Positions 41,601 to 54,450 of a DNA stretch of 64,000 nucleotides are shown here, piece by piece. Source of the DNA: Isurus oxyrinchus (taxonomy: Eukaryota); NCBI GenBank assembly GCA_026770705.1, contig JANJGN010000034.1:4092001-4156000 (forward strand), in the 5' to 3' direction. The position numbers were made by a program, and so were the translations under genes. Every line of letters begins with the position of its first letter. The first letter of the stretch is position 1. The notes under the pieces are model-generated. The model saw nothing but the letters and a program-made list of their open reading frames with translations. It searched no databases and was not told the origin of the DNA.

Positions 41601-42351
41601 CAAAGGGTGGATATATTTTTCTATTTTAAATCAGCTTGATGTCGTATTTTGTGACAAGTTGAAACATTTTTCTAATACGACAAGAAATGAGAAAAAAACC
41701 ATAGCCGTACTTGGAGCCTGGATTTCGTCGAAAAACTGAGTTGAATTTCAAGGACACTGATGCAGGTGTTAGTGCGATAAAATAAATGGAGTTTAAATAT
41801 CATTTGCTGTTTACAAGTAACATTTGGATCACCTGTTTCATCCACCTTGTTGAAGCTGGGTAATTTGAGGGTAACAGCACAGAACGTGAGGTGAATTAGC
41901 CGTTAATAATGCCAGGAATGACGCGGCCTTAATGGGAAATTGGACTCTCTGGAAGTATGTGGAAAAAGGGCTTTTAGAACAGTTTTATGGGATAAAGAAG
42001 AAAGAAAAAGTTTACTGCAGGTCTTAGATCTCATTTACTCAGCTTCAAAGCACTTTGTGTTTCAATTGCCATTTAAACTTTTGAGTTCTTGTCCATCTTT
42101 CTAAAAGCCTATAATTCAAAGGTTCTAATCGTGAGGTGGCGATTTTACATGCGTTTATCAGAATTCCCCCAAATTTTTAACAAAACAATGTTGTCATTCC
42201 TCATTAGAATGGCTAGTAATAACAGCTTAGCCAAACATCTGATTTTTACACAAATACAGCACTAGGTGACTTGATACCAGATATTGATTAAAGTAGTTTG
42301 GGGACTTCATCTTCTAATGAATAACATTCAGAACAAGTTCATGATGATAAA

Positions 42352-42487
42352 AGCAAAATACACTGGATTTGGGAAATATGAAACTAAAACAGAAAACGTG
42401 GAAAAAAAAATCTCATTGCGAATGACAGCACCTGCAGAGAGGCAGGTGGAATTAAGGTTTCGTGTCAGCATGACACATCATCAGAGC
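42352..42487. mobile_element. Old PLE terminal half-palindrome fragment (also ~46580-46712, 51873-52000, 56952-57085)
   Basis: 'aaacagaaaa..tggaaa..tcagcagg...agagaaac.gagttaacgtt..gtcagc..ttcatcagagc' resembles the left arm of 5134-5265. Confidence 0.75.
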
Positions 42488-43867
42488 AGTTGATCATGGT
42501 GTTTATCCTGATCGATGATTTAATTATAGAAAGCATCGCCAATGTCCCTAAATGTATCCAATGTTTAACATTTATCAGAGGCCGCATTAGTGGAAAAATG
42601 ATATAAGATGCATTACTATAGTGATAACAGTGCTCATGAATCTCCAAGTTCATTAAACCAGCTATCTTGATGTTGAACATTCATTCTTCTAAATTCTATC
42701 TTGCTAAATCAGTGTCCTTGGCGAGCCATATCATTGTCACTTCTGGACTACGTGGTTTGAAGCTGTCTGCCTGACTGACAGCTTGATATGAGCTGGCCTG
42801 ATTCGTCTACAAAGTCGATTTTAAACATGGATTTGTGTTCGTGATTACTTGGATGTTCACCAGTAAAATGTTAACATTTTACATAACTCTGAAAATGCCA
42901 GGAGGTTAACGCGGTAACTTCGCTTTTGCATTTCTCTGCAGTTTACATTTCAGTAAGCCGTATTATAATTTTCAGAGCGAGAGTAGGTGAGAGAGAGAGA
43001 GAGTGCTAGTGGAGATGTGTGTTTATAACAAAGAGAGTGAGACAAAATCCTCGCAGTGAACCACCAACCGAAAGACGCACATGATTGCCAGTAGTGGCCT
43101 ACTACATTTAAACACGGGGCTCTTCATGGTCAAGTCGACATTATGCAGCGTCACATCTCGTCACATCAATGTACGGCGTTTGTTTCACTTGACGATATAA
43201 TGGCAATTTTACAATGGAAAATTAATTTGGAGGGAATTACAATTCGTTTTCCTTTTAAAACTTCATAGCAAAAGAAGAAGAAAGAAGCCATGTGCATGGC
43301 ATTTGTCCTTTTGTAATTAATGCATAACTTCTGATTGGGGACCACACTGTGTTTTATATTTTTTCAACTTTCGGACATGAAATTATTTTTCATAGAGAGA
43401 GGGTTTGAGACAGGCAGTGTTTGTTTGTGTGTGTGTGTGTCTGTCTCTGTGTGTGTGTGATAGAGTGAGAGAGAGATCCTCGTAGAGAAGATCCGACGTG
43501 AAGGCGCACATGCTTGTTTATCGTGGCGTATTATCTTTCAGCAAGGCCTCTTCATGAACAATTCGGCATAGCGTAGCGTCATATCAGGTCATACCACTGT
43601 CCTGTTTTTTGTTCCTGATGACAATGGTGTGGTAATTTTTAAACGAAAAGAAAGAAGGAGGTAATTTCAATTCATTTCATTTCGAACAAGTTCTGAGTTA
43701 AAGAAGAGAGAAGGCAGGGATATATTATTTTTATTTTTACCATGAATGCTTATAACACGATTGGTGAGCACAATGTTTCAAACTTTGACTATGTTCACAT
43801 TCGAGTATCCTGTGCGGCGTTTCTTTTGGAACCCAAGCACTACACGTTTTCTGTTCATGTTGATTAA

Positions 43868-45290
43868 TCATTTGCTTGCAAAAATCTTCTGTATTTCTGA
43901 AAAAAATACACAAATGCCTACTCTTTTTCGTGTTGCTCTCAATAAAACACTCGTGAAATTAACAATCACGGTGTAGTATTTGCAATTTCTACTGTAAAAT
44001 GAAAGCAGCGCTGATTGGCTGGCCGCGGTGCCATGGAGAATGCACCACTCGTGATGACTGATGGTTAACTGCCAAACAATGCTTGGACACACTGAGCATT
44101 ATTCAGCAAACGTGATGGATTCGCAGAATAACATCTAATGTTCCATACTGTGTCTAGATTTTCGCAAGGAAGCATTGGTCAGGCACGTGAAAGGAATAGC
44201 CGCTGGACTGTGGATTTTGATATGATCCGGCAATCATTGGGGCGTATTGCCATCATTCTTAAAATCAGAAAGGCATTGAATTTCATACACAGGTTTACTT
44301 CTTTGTTTCAGAAGCAGAACAACTTTGTGGGATGACAGCAGAATCCACTGAAAGACGAAAAGCAATCCAACTGGAGTGCAGAATAGCAACGTTAGGAATC
44401 GATCTGCATCCCGCTCTCAATTGTTCCGATTTAGATGATGGAAGCTGTGTACTTCGTATATCGAAAGTTAACGGTATGAGGGCAGCCCATGAGATTGTGT
44501 AATATACAGCACATAATGATCTGATCAGGGTAGCCATTAACCTGCAGGGGGCATTTGATAACAGCCTTATGTCAACGTGGAAGTTGCCAAAAATACAAAT
44601 GTTATAGTGTGTTGGTTTCTAAGGAAATCTAAGGAAATCACACACATAGAACAGGGAATGAACGTTTGCGGTGGACATTGGCAGGGAATCGCCTGGCTAA
44701 TGTCTCAACCTATCAGTGATGAAGGGGCAGTTCATCTGAATGCTCCAATTTCAAAGGCGATTGGGAGAGCAAATGTGAGGCCATTATGATAAGTAAGGAG
44801 ACTGCTTTATGCTACTGTGGTTTAACTACATGCTAAACATTATTCTCAACTCGGAAAATATACAAGAGAGGAGATTCGGTGTAATTTCCCCAAGCCATGT
44901 TTCTCTTGGAACCCCAAAATATTGTTTGTGAATTCTGGGCCTAGCACGGATCCCATGGCAAACTTCTCTATTTGGGCATGGTGCCTTTAAAAATGAATTC
45001 AACTGAGTGACCTGCGGACTTCACAATATCCAGAAGTATTAATTCATGCAATTGTTGCCGGTCTAGATGGTCATCGTAAATTCTGTTAGCGCAAATGCCG
45101 CTGTTTCCCTTCAGCGCCACATTAACGAAATGGCCAGTAACATCAGTTGAGCAAATGGCCACAGCATTTTGTTCAATATATTAGCCATGGATGCACTTGG
45201 CAAACATTAGTGAACCAATGGCTATGTTCAGGTAGCGAACTGTAAGACGCACTCTGGCAAAAGTTTATCACCGTAGATAAGACATGTCTC
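43868..45290 (-). mobile_element. Old 5'-truncated Penelope-like element (RT + GIY-YIG relic)
   Basis: ORF 44968-45162 'ICSTDVTGHFVNVALK...VEFIFKGTM' resembles the RT motif SFDIxSLFTNVPL..EFSFN. 'AMGSVLGP' at ~44940-44962 resembles GVAMGSPLGP. Confidence 0.88.
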
Positions 45291-47212
45291 ATTTTAGAAA
45301 CCTTAATTACTAGTTGTAAAATATTCATGATCGAAATATGTCGATGTAGGAAAGTATTCTTCAAATTGAAAGGCAAAGACAAAGCACAGAATGGTGTACC
45401 TGATGTATAGCTGCCTATCTTCAACATAAATGTCGAGCAAATCACTGTTAATAAAAAAAAACGATTTCAAATAGCAGAGCGAACATCAATGATGGAATTG
45501 GACTAACTTAAGATCTTCAGGGGCCTCAGCGTTAAAGAGGGATGATGTCCAAGACAAAGCAATGCAGGTGACAGTTTTTGTTGCTCCGACTGGATGACAA
45601 TGAGGCGATTATTGCTCAAATGAAATGGAGCATAATGATAACTAGTTAATGGAGGATCACGAGTTTAAGGCTACAAAGAGAAAATAGTTAATTCTCTCAA
45701 TTTTGCAATTGTGGAAAGCAGAATTTATTCATTTCTTCAAGGAGACATGTAACGTGGTGCCAACTGAAATTCAGTGACAAAAGTCCATTGAGCGTCGATT
45801 TCGCACCAAGCTAGACTCCGACTACAGAGACAACAACACAATCTTTGATGCAATACAGCACGTGGATTTTAAATATTTTGATTCGAAGGGCCTGAACGGT
45901 CAAGTATTTGCTCTTCCTAGGACATGCTGCCTGATTGCAGGCTAATAGAGCCGACAACGACAGCGAGAGAGAGAGAGAGGGAGGGAGAGAGAGAGAGAGA
46001 GAAGGACAATGCCAGAACTGATGGACAAACCGGAAGACGCATATGATTGGTAGTTCTGACCTATTAAAATTTAGCGACGTGTTATCATCTACATATTGAA
46101 AAGAACGCAGCGCCACATTTCAGCAAAACAATTCCCTGCGCTGATTTCTGCGTTAAAAGTTGAATCGAAGATAGGTGGGAATAGAAATACCCTCTTTTAT
46201 TCCGTTAATCCATTAAGAGCTAAACAAGAAGCGATCACTTAAGGAATACTGTCAAATCATATAAAATTTGGATCAGCGCTAGCTACGATGCTTCTGCCAC
46301 TTAAAACATTGAGTAGATTGCCATCTTATTTCTGAAATAAAATTCAATTGTTCCGATGCTGAAGCGGCGATTTCATTTGTGGTTTTCAGAATGCCCAGAA
46401 ATATATAAAAACAAAATATTGTCATTCCTCTTTCTAACGGCGAGTAATAACAACATAGCCAGACTTCTGATGATTGCACAAATATTTCACTAGATGACGT
46501 GATGCCAGATATTGATACAAGCAGTTTGAGAACGTCCAGCTTATAATGAATTACATTCAAAGCAAGTTCATGATGTTAATAACAAAATACAACGGACGCT
46601 GGAAATGTGAAACAAAAACAAAACATTTGGAAAAAATCTCCGCAGGTTTGAGAGCACCAGAAGACAGAGAAATCGTGTACAGATTAGGAGTCAGCACGGT
46701 CCTTCATTAGAACAGTTGATGATATCGTTTATGGAGAAGATTGATTCTAGAACAGCAACCAGCGCAAGTGCTTCAAAATCACGCAAAGGTTTCACGTATA
46801 TCGAAGCCCCATTTGTGGAAAGTTGATGTAATCTACATTACTAAAGTGAGTAAAGAGCTCATGAATTTCCAGGTGCTTCCAACCAGCTACCTTGTTGTTG
46901 AAGGTTTTTGCCTCTGTATACCTTCTGAATGAACCAGTGTCCTGGACCAGCCAAATCTTTGTCCTTGATGCGCCAAATGGCTTAAAACTGTGTCTGAGAC
47001 TTGCAGCTTGAAATTTCCTAGCATGACACATCGGGAAAGTAAATTTTAAATGTGTTTTCTTTTGGGATTCATTCGATTTTCAACAGCATTCTGTTAACAT
47101 CTTACACAACAAGCAAAATGTCAGGAAGCTAATGCAATAACTTTGTGCCTGCATTTAATTCCAATTCACATTTGAGTAAGCCATATAGTACTTTTTAAGA
47201 GCGGGGGCGTTA

Positions 47213-47420
47213 NNNNNNNNNNNNNNNNNNNNNNNNNNNNNNNNNNNNNNNNNNNNNNNNNNNNNNNNNNNNNNNNNNNNNNNNNNNNNNNNNNNNNNNN
47301 NNNNNNNNNNNNNNNNNNNNNNNNNNNNNNNNNNNNNNNNNNNNNNNNNNNNNNNNNNNNNNNNNNNNNNNNNNNNNNNNNNNNNNNNNNNNNNNNNNNN
47401 NNNNNNNNNNNNNNNNNNNN
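47213..47420. other. Assembly gap (208 N)
   Basis: Run of N at the position where other monomers have the (GA)n tract. Confidence 0.99.
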
Positions 47421-47784
47421 AAGAAGCAACCGGAAGACACACATCATTGCTTATGGTGGCATATTAGTTTTCAGCGAGGGCTCTTCATAAACCATTCAGC
47501 ATAGTGCGGCATATATCGTCATATCAATGTCCCTTTTTTTTTACTTTCAGTTGACAATACTGTGGCACATTTTTAATCCAGAAGAAAATTGGAGTCAATT
47601 TCAATTAATTTTCTTTTTATAAATACAGACTTAAAGAAGAGGGGAGAATGGAGGGACAAATATATTTTTCTTCTTACAATGAATGCATGTAACACTATTG
47701 GTGAAAATACGTTTTCAGATTTTTTTCAATGTTCACCTTCCCGTATCGCAAGGCAATGGCAAAACACTTTCTCTTCATAATGAT

Positions 47785-48975
47785 TTGATGTTGGATTGCA
47801 CAAATCTTCTGTATTTCTGAGAAGAAAAACAAGAGGGATGCCTCATCATTCGGTGCTGCACTCATAAGAACACTCGCGAAATTAGCAATCACAGTGGGGC
47901 ATTTGCAAATTACAAGGTAAACAAAGACAGTGCTAATTGTTTCGCAGGTGTCAGCACACTTGAGCCTTATTCAGCCAATGTTACCAAATGAAGGAATCGC
48001 ATCTAATGCTTGTAAATGTGTTTTAATTTTTGCAAGCCTGGACTGTTCAGGCATGTGCTGTTACCAAGCCCTGTATGGTTCGGAGGTTTTAATTGATAAG
48101 ATCCGTCAATACGTGGGACGTATTTCCTACATACCTAAAGTCACAATGGCTCTCAAACTGATACGCCATTTTACTAATTTTTTCCACAATATAATGTCTT
48201 TTTTGGTGATAACAGCACGCATTCAGAGACGATTGGCCATCTAGTTGGAGTGCAGTGCAGTCACGTGAAAAATTTAGTTTCACCTCGTGCTCAACATTTT
48301 TGATATAGCTGATGTAGACTGGGCAATTTGCAGGGCGAATTGTGATTGCCTGAGCCCATCCTTGAGTTTGCGCGATATACAGCATGTAATGATCAGATCA
48401 AAATCGCCTTTAACCTACAGGGTGCACTTGACTTCTACAAGAAGTTTGCCTGGTGACCAAGTGACTCGTGCCTTGTTTGCAAGTTTGCCTATAAGACAAA
48501 TGTAATAGCATGTGGATCTCCCAGAATCTCAATGCATGGACTGGGAACTGAATGATTGTTTTCGGCAGTCATTGACAGAGAATTTCCTTCTAGATGTATC
48601 AACCATTAGCTCAAGGATGGGCAGTTGAGCTACCTCAAAGATGAAAATGAGCACAAGATGGAGCCCTTGATGGCAAGTAATCAAATTGATCCAATCAACT
48701 GAGATTTAGGTACATACCAATAATCTTCAGCAACTCGGAATACATGCAAGGGGAGGAGGTCAGCTGTAATTTATCCAAGACAGGTTTCTGATGGAATCCT
48801 AAAAAAAGATTTGGGAGAGATGGACATAGCGTGGATCACACGGCAAGACCATATATTTGGATATACATGGCGTCATTAAATGCGAACTCAATTGTGCCTG
48901 TTGATGGCTTTATAAGGTAAATCACCATTGATTTACAAAAAATGTTGTGGGTTTGCACCGCGTAGGTCAGACATG
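47785..48975 (-). mobile_element. Old Penelope-like element copy
   Basis: ORF 48089-48385 'EHEVKL..SR...YQFESHCDFRYVGNTS..LTDLIN' carries the GIY-YIG motif and is colinear with 43868-45290. Confidence 0.88.
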
Positions 48976-51900
48976 TCTCTTCTTAGCAAAGTAACGAAAA
49001 GTTGCAGGAAATTCCGGCATGTTAATATTCAATGTAGGCAAGTATTCTCAGAGTTCATTGGCAATGCGAGGGAGAGACCTGTGTACGAAGTGCAGTGCTG
49101 TGTATCGTGAACATGCATGTCAATGAACTCAGTGTGTATTTTAAAACATGATTTTAAATAGCAGAGCATAAAGCAGAGAAGGGCTAAGTTTTGATCTTGA
49201 CAGGCATCAGAGGTAAAGACGCTTGGCCTTCCACTGGAATCACTAACGATGACATAGTTTTTAGAATCCATCTGTGTGATAGTGAGGCGACTGTTGCTCA
49301 ATTTAGCTTGAGCGTAATGAATACTCGTTAAAGGAGGTTCACGTGTTCAAGATTAAATAAGAGAATGGTTATATTTTCTCCATTTCACAGCAATCCAATG
49401 CGATATTTAATGACTTTTAAAAGAAGCCTTTTAATGTGATGCATAGTGAGAAGAAAACACACTGGGTCTCAGAGCCTGGAGTTCGCACAAAGGCAGAATT
49501 CAATTGGAGAGACAAAAACATATTATTTAGTGGAATACAGCACATGAAGTTGGAAGGGTGAAGGTTCCAGTTTTTGCTCTTCCTAGGTGAAGCTTGCAGG
49601 GTAGAACATGATGTTGGGCAGCAATTGACAACAGAACAAATGTCTGAGGCCGCACTGGAATTTGTACTGTCTGCAAAGATCAGCTGCAGAGACAATGTGA
49701 AGTTAACTAATCTTCTGTAATAGAAAATTAGTCCATACAGTATCCGTCGAAAACACAATTACAAATCAGCTATTGATGAGAATTGAATGCTCAGTAACAG
49801 CTGCATGCTTTATGGAATAAGCAAGCCAGTCAAACTTGCACAAAACTTTAGATTGTACGCTTCAGGGAGCAGAAACTAATGAGTAGATTGTGAATCAAAA
49901 ATCACCTTATTGGGCACCGACCTCTCAGCCATCATAGCTCCAAGCCCTGCAGATCGTGTGGGTTCCCTTTCACACTCCATATGAATGTGCTGTAGCGATG
50001 CACGTGTAATACAATAAATGCACATTAATATTTCGAAACACAGGATTTTTTTATGTTCAAATACCCATATCTCATGTCTGCTGTGTGAGTAGCTGTTTGA
50101 TCTATCATCATAAAAGTTCAGTGCAATATGGAGAACTGCAGTCATCAGAACAATTGATTTGTTGGAAATACTCCCACAGCTACCATTTGAAATACAAAGG
50201 ATGCAGGTATAACAAAATGGTGAAAATCCAAAGGAGAAGAGATGATTAATGCTGTTACATAATTACTTATTTTGACAATTGCATCAGTTGAAGAGCTTTT
50301 TCCTTTCTGATTGTGCAATAATCCACGTTAACGGTGGCAACTATTTGTTTGGAATGCATGAATTTAATATCAATAAAATGGCATTATAAAGACAACTTGT
50401 TTTGTGATGGCAGACTCCTTGAATATGAATGATGTGCGTGAGGCCTGCATCAAGATGTTTCCCTGCTGAATTACACTTACTGTGAATTCAGAAAACATTG
50501 ATATTAAACATGATATTCCAGGTCACAAAAGCTATTTATTGTGCCTTGATACAAATTGATATTACACTGCGTCTAAACCATTGACCTCTTGGCCAATTTG
50601 TTTCTAACCTGAAGTTCATTTTTTTTCGCTCCTGAAATCGAGTTATCATTTGAATATAACATTATCTCACGTAATATTTCAAAAAGCCATGTATCATACT
50701 ACATTCGAAATACTAGTAATTAATAACTTAGCCAAACACCTGATCACCTGAACAAATAAAGCACTCGAACGGCTTGGTGTGTGAAGTTGATTGACTACAA
50801 TCGTAGAAGCAGCCTGGGAAGGATCACCTTGTTATGAACAATATTCAGAATATGTCGATGTTTTTATCTTGTTGTCTGATTCTATAAGAAAAAAAAAAAC
50901 AAGGCTAGTGTACAGGAACATTTCCAAAGTTTGGCATATGTCAGACGCTGCATTTGGAGGCATATAACATAATATACGTTATTAAATTGGTGGAAAGACT
51001 GATGAATCATTATATTCCTCCAAAGATTATTCAAGTTAATGAAGTCTTCTGCCTATGAAACGATTCCAACTGAAACGTTCCCCTGAAGAGCGAAAACTTT
51101 GTATAACCTGTACCAATGTCTTTTTCTTGTCTCTGTGAATGTCACCTTGACAACAATTGGCGTCATATGATGCCAAAGCAGAGATGAGATATGCCTAAAC
51201 TGACCGGTTCATTTGTTTACTAACAAATGTACTCTTAACTCTCACAGAACTGACAAAAAACCGGGAAGGTAATGCTGCATTTTTTCTTTTCCATGGATAT
51301 AGATTTGATTTTTGAGCAGGCCGCATGGTGCTACTGATAGAGAGAGGCAGATAAAGAGTTAGAGAGAGAGAAGGGAGAAAGAGCAAAACGTAGAATGGCA
51401 TCTCAGCAAAGCGTTTCCCCGTGTTGCTTTGCGTTTTATATACTATGTTGAATTGAACCTAGCTGAGAAGAGAAGTATTTTCTTCAAATTTATTTTACCC
51501 GTTCAGAGCTAAAGCAGAAGATAGAAGGGAATGAAGGGAGCTGCATGCCTCATTTAATTCGCTTGAACGCTTTTTTATGATCCACCGGCCTTTATAATCA
51601 TTTGAGTGCTTGACCATTACTTTTCAAAAATAATATTCAAATGCTCTATTTCTAATGTCAGGACATCATTTGATGTTAACAGAATCTCCATCATGGTTTA
51701 AAAACATCAAAATATTAATCCTTTTTTGAATGACGAGTAATAACAGCAGAGTCAATAATCTGGTCATTTGAGCAAATGTAGTACGAAGTGACTTGATGCC
51801 AGATATTGACATAAGTATTTTGGGAATGTCCACCTTTTTATTAATGTAATGCAGAATAGGTTTATGATGTTAAAAACAAAACAAAAAATGGATGGCTAAA

Positions 51901-52539
51901 ATCAGAAACAATAACAGAAAATGTGGAAACATCTCAGCAGGCCTGCGGATAGAGAAACAGAGTTAACGTTAAGTGTCAGCATGACTCTTCATCCGAGCAG
52001 CTGATGATATTATTTATCTTGATGGATCATTCTGTAACAGCAAGCGACGCCACTTTAATAAAATTTATCCAACACCTCACATTTATCTAATGCTCATTAT
52101 CGGAAATATGCTGTAATATACGTTTTACAAAAGGGGTTAAAGAGCAGAAGATTCTGCAGATTCTTCCAACCAGTTCTCGTGATATTGCAAATAGTTGATG
52201 TTAAGTTATTTGTTACGGCAACAGCGTCCTTGACGAGCCATATATATTTAATAATCCTGCATCAAATGGCTTGAAACCATGTCTGTGAATATCCGATTAA
52301 CATGAGATACCCTGAGATCTCGTCAGACTAGATTTTAAATATGCGTTTGTTTTATGGATCACTTGGATATTCACAAATACACTATTAACAACTTATGGAG
52401 CGCAAAACGTGCCACGAAGGTAATGTGGAAAATGTGTGCTTGCATTTCTATACAATTGATATTTGAGCAACCCATGTGCCTTTTTTCAGAGAGAGAAAGA
52501 GAGCATTAGAGAGAGGCAATGGGTGTATATGTGTGTTTG

Positions 52540-52597
52540 TGGTGGTGGTGGGGGGGGGGGGGGGGGGGGGGGCGGGGGGGGGGGGATGCGGTGGGGG
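52540..52597 (+). repeat. G-rich/poly-G tract within the monomer microsatellite
   Basis: (GGT)n followed by long G runs. Confidence 0.9.
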
Positions 52598-53014
52598 AGA
52601 AAGAGAGAGATACGGAGATAGAGAGAGTTCCTCACAGAGAAGAACCAACCCGGAAGTCGCACATGGTTGATTAGGGTGACCATAGCTTCCATCGAGGGAT
52701 CTTCATAAGCAATTCGAATTAGCCTATCGGCAAATCTCGTCATACTGCTGCCCCCTTTTGATTTTTGTTGGCAATGCTTTGGCAAATTTTGATCGGAAAA
52801 TAAACTTGGAGGGAATTTCCATTCGTATTGCTTTTAAAAATTCAGAGTGAAATAAGAAGGCAGGAGTTAAATGCATGACATTTTTTTTCACTATGAATGC
52901 ATGTAATACGTTTGGTGAGCACACGGTTTCAGAATGAGTCAATGTTGAACTTCCAGTACCATGTATGGCGTTTCAGTTGGAAGCCAAAAGCAACACATTT
53001 CCTCTTCACAAATC

Positions 53015-54450
53015 ACAGTGTTGCTTGCACAAATTTTGAATATTTCTGAAAAAGAAACAAGAGACCTGAGTAATATTTTGGGCTTGCCCTGATATGGACA
53101 CTCACGAAATTAGCAATCATAGCGGCGATCTTGCAAATTATACTGTAAATGAAGGCAGTGCTGTTTTTTATCACTGGCAACGTTGCCATGGTTAATGCAC
53201 GAATGATGGTTACTGTCGCTTACTTGGCAAACAATATTTGGAATTGAAACCTTGCAGTTTTATCCTAACTGGTCTAGGCATTTCCCTGAGAAATAAATCA
53301 GCGGGTGACAGCCCTTATTTGGCACAGCTGAAACTGGAACAATGTACATACATGTTCTTTCTGACTACAAAGGACTGCGTGTGGTGTATTAATGACGTTA
53401 ACTTCCAGTGAACGCAAATGTGCCACATTGTGAGTCAGACTGATATTCTTAAATTACGTATTAGCATAATTATCAACACACATAAGCATTATTCAGTACA
53501 TCTTTGTGAATCGCAGAATCATGTTTAATCTTGTACAGTTTCTCTTACTTTTTACAACCACGGTCTGTTTGGGCATGTTTCGTTATTGCCTGAGCAGTGG
53601 TTGGGCTGTGTGGCTTGATACGTTCCACTTATGCTTGTGGCATAATGCCTACATACCTAAATTCACAATGGCGCTGAAATTCAAACATCAGGTTACTAAC
53701 TTGTGTCACAAACATAAAGATTTTTTCGGTTGATGGCAAAATCCTGTTAGAAGCATTTCTCAATGCAGTTGGTTTGCAGAGTAGCCATGTTAAGAATCTA
53801 GCTTCACCTCGTGCTGCATTTTTTGATATAACTGATGCAGATTGGGCACTTTGCAGAGCGAAAGGTGATGGCCTGGACCTGTCTTTGCGTTAGCATGAGA
53901 TACGGCACGTAATGATTTGATGAGGCTAGCCATTAAAATACAGCTGTATTTGATACGCCTTATGACTACATGAGGTTAGTTTGGCGAGAAATTGGTCGTT
54001 TCCTATTTACACATTGGCCAATGAGAAAAAATGATATAGCGTGTGGATCTCTAAGACTCTCAAAGTAAATACAGGGAACTGAAAGTATGTTTATGCTAGA
54101 TATCGACAGGTAACTCACTGTCTTGATGCCTCAGCTACCGGGTGAAAGATGGGCAGTTGATCTTACTGTTCAATTTCAAAGATGAATATGAGAGCAAGTT
54201 GGAACCTACTAAGACAAGTAAGCAAATTGTTACTTTGTACTCAGATTTAGGTATAGACTAAACATCATCCCCAAATTGGAAACATACAAACTTGCAGGTT
54301 ACATCTCATTTCTTCCAAGACACGTTTCTCTTGGATTCCTACAATAAAATGTTCGCGAGGGCTGGGCCTAGCATGGATCCCACGGCCACACCATCCATAT
54401 TGGCGTACATTGCGTCATAAGTGACTTTTTCTAAAGGTGTTGCCAGGGCA
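53015..54450 (-). mobile_element. Old Penelope-like element copy
   Basis: Colinear with the other copies. 'ctgggcctagcatggatcccacggc' at ~54362 (GSxLGP on the - strand) and a degenerate YxDD region at ~54260-54290. Confidence 0.85.

Larger units (their letters stand above)
11720..42000 (+). repeat. Higher-order repeat A (~7.5-8 kb: full monomer + deleted monomer + shared CR1)
   Basis: Homologous starts lie at ~12810, 20815, 28360 and 36160, with a partial copy at 16200. Copies are visibly more alike than other monomers (e.g. 15095-15400 vs 26060-26370) and share CR1 junctions. Confidence 0.85.

Noticed and set aside
44200-44420. + strand FREM/cadherin-like words ('GRIAYIP', 'ECRIATL', and 'DETGEIHV' at ~6180)
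   Set aside because: These lie within the - strand Penelope element, which explains the sequence better.
33243-53030. V(D)J recombination signal sequences (CACAGTG at 33243, 47890, 53014)
   Set aside because: No nonamer at 12/23 spacing, and they are not at a consistent monomer position.
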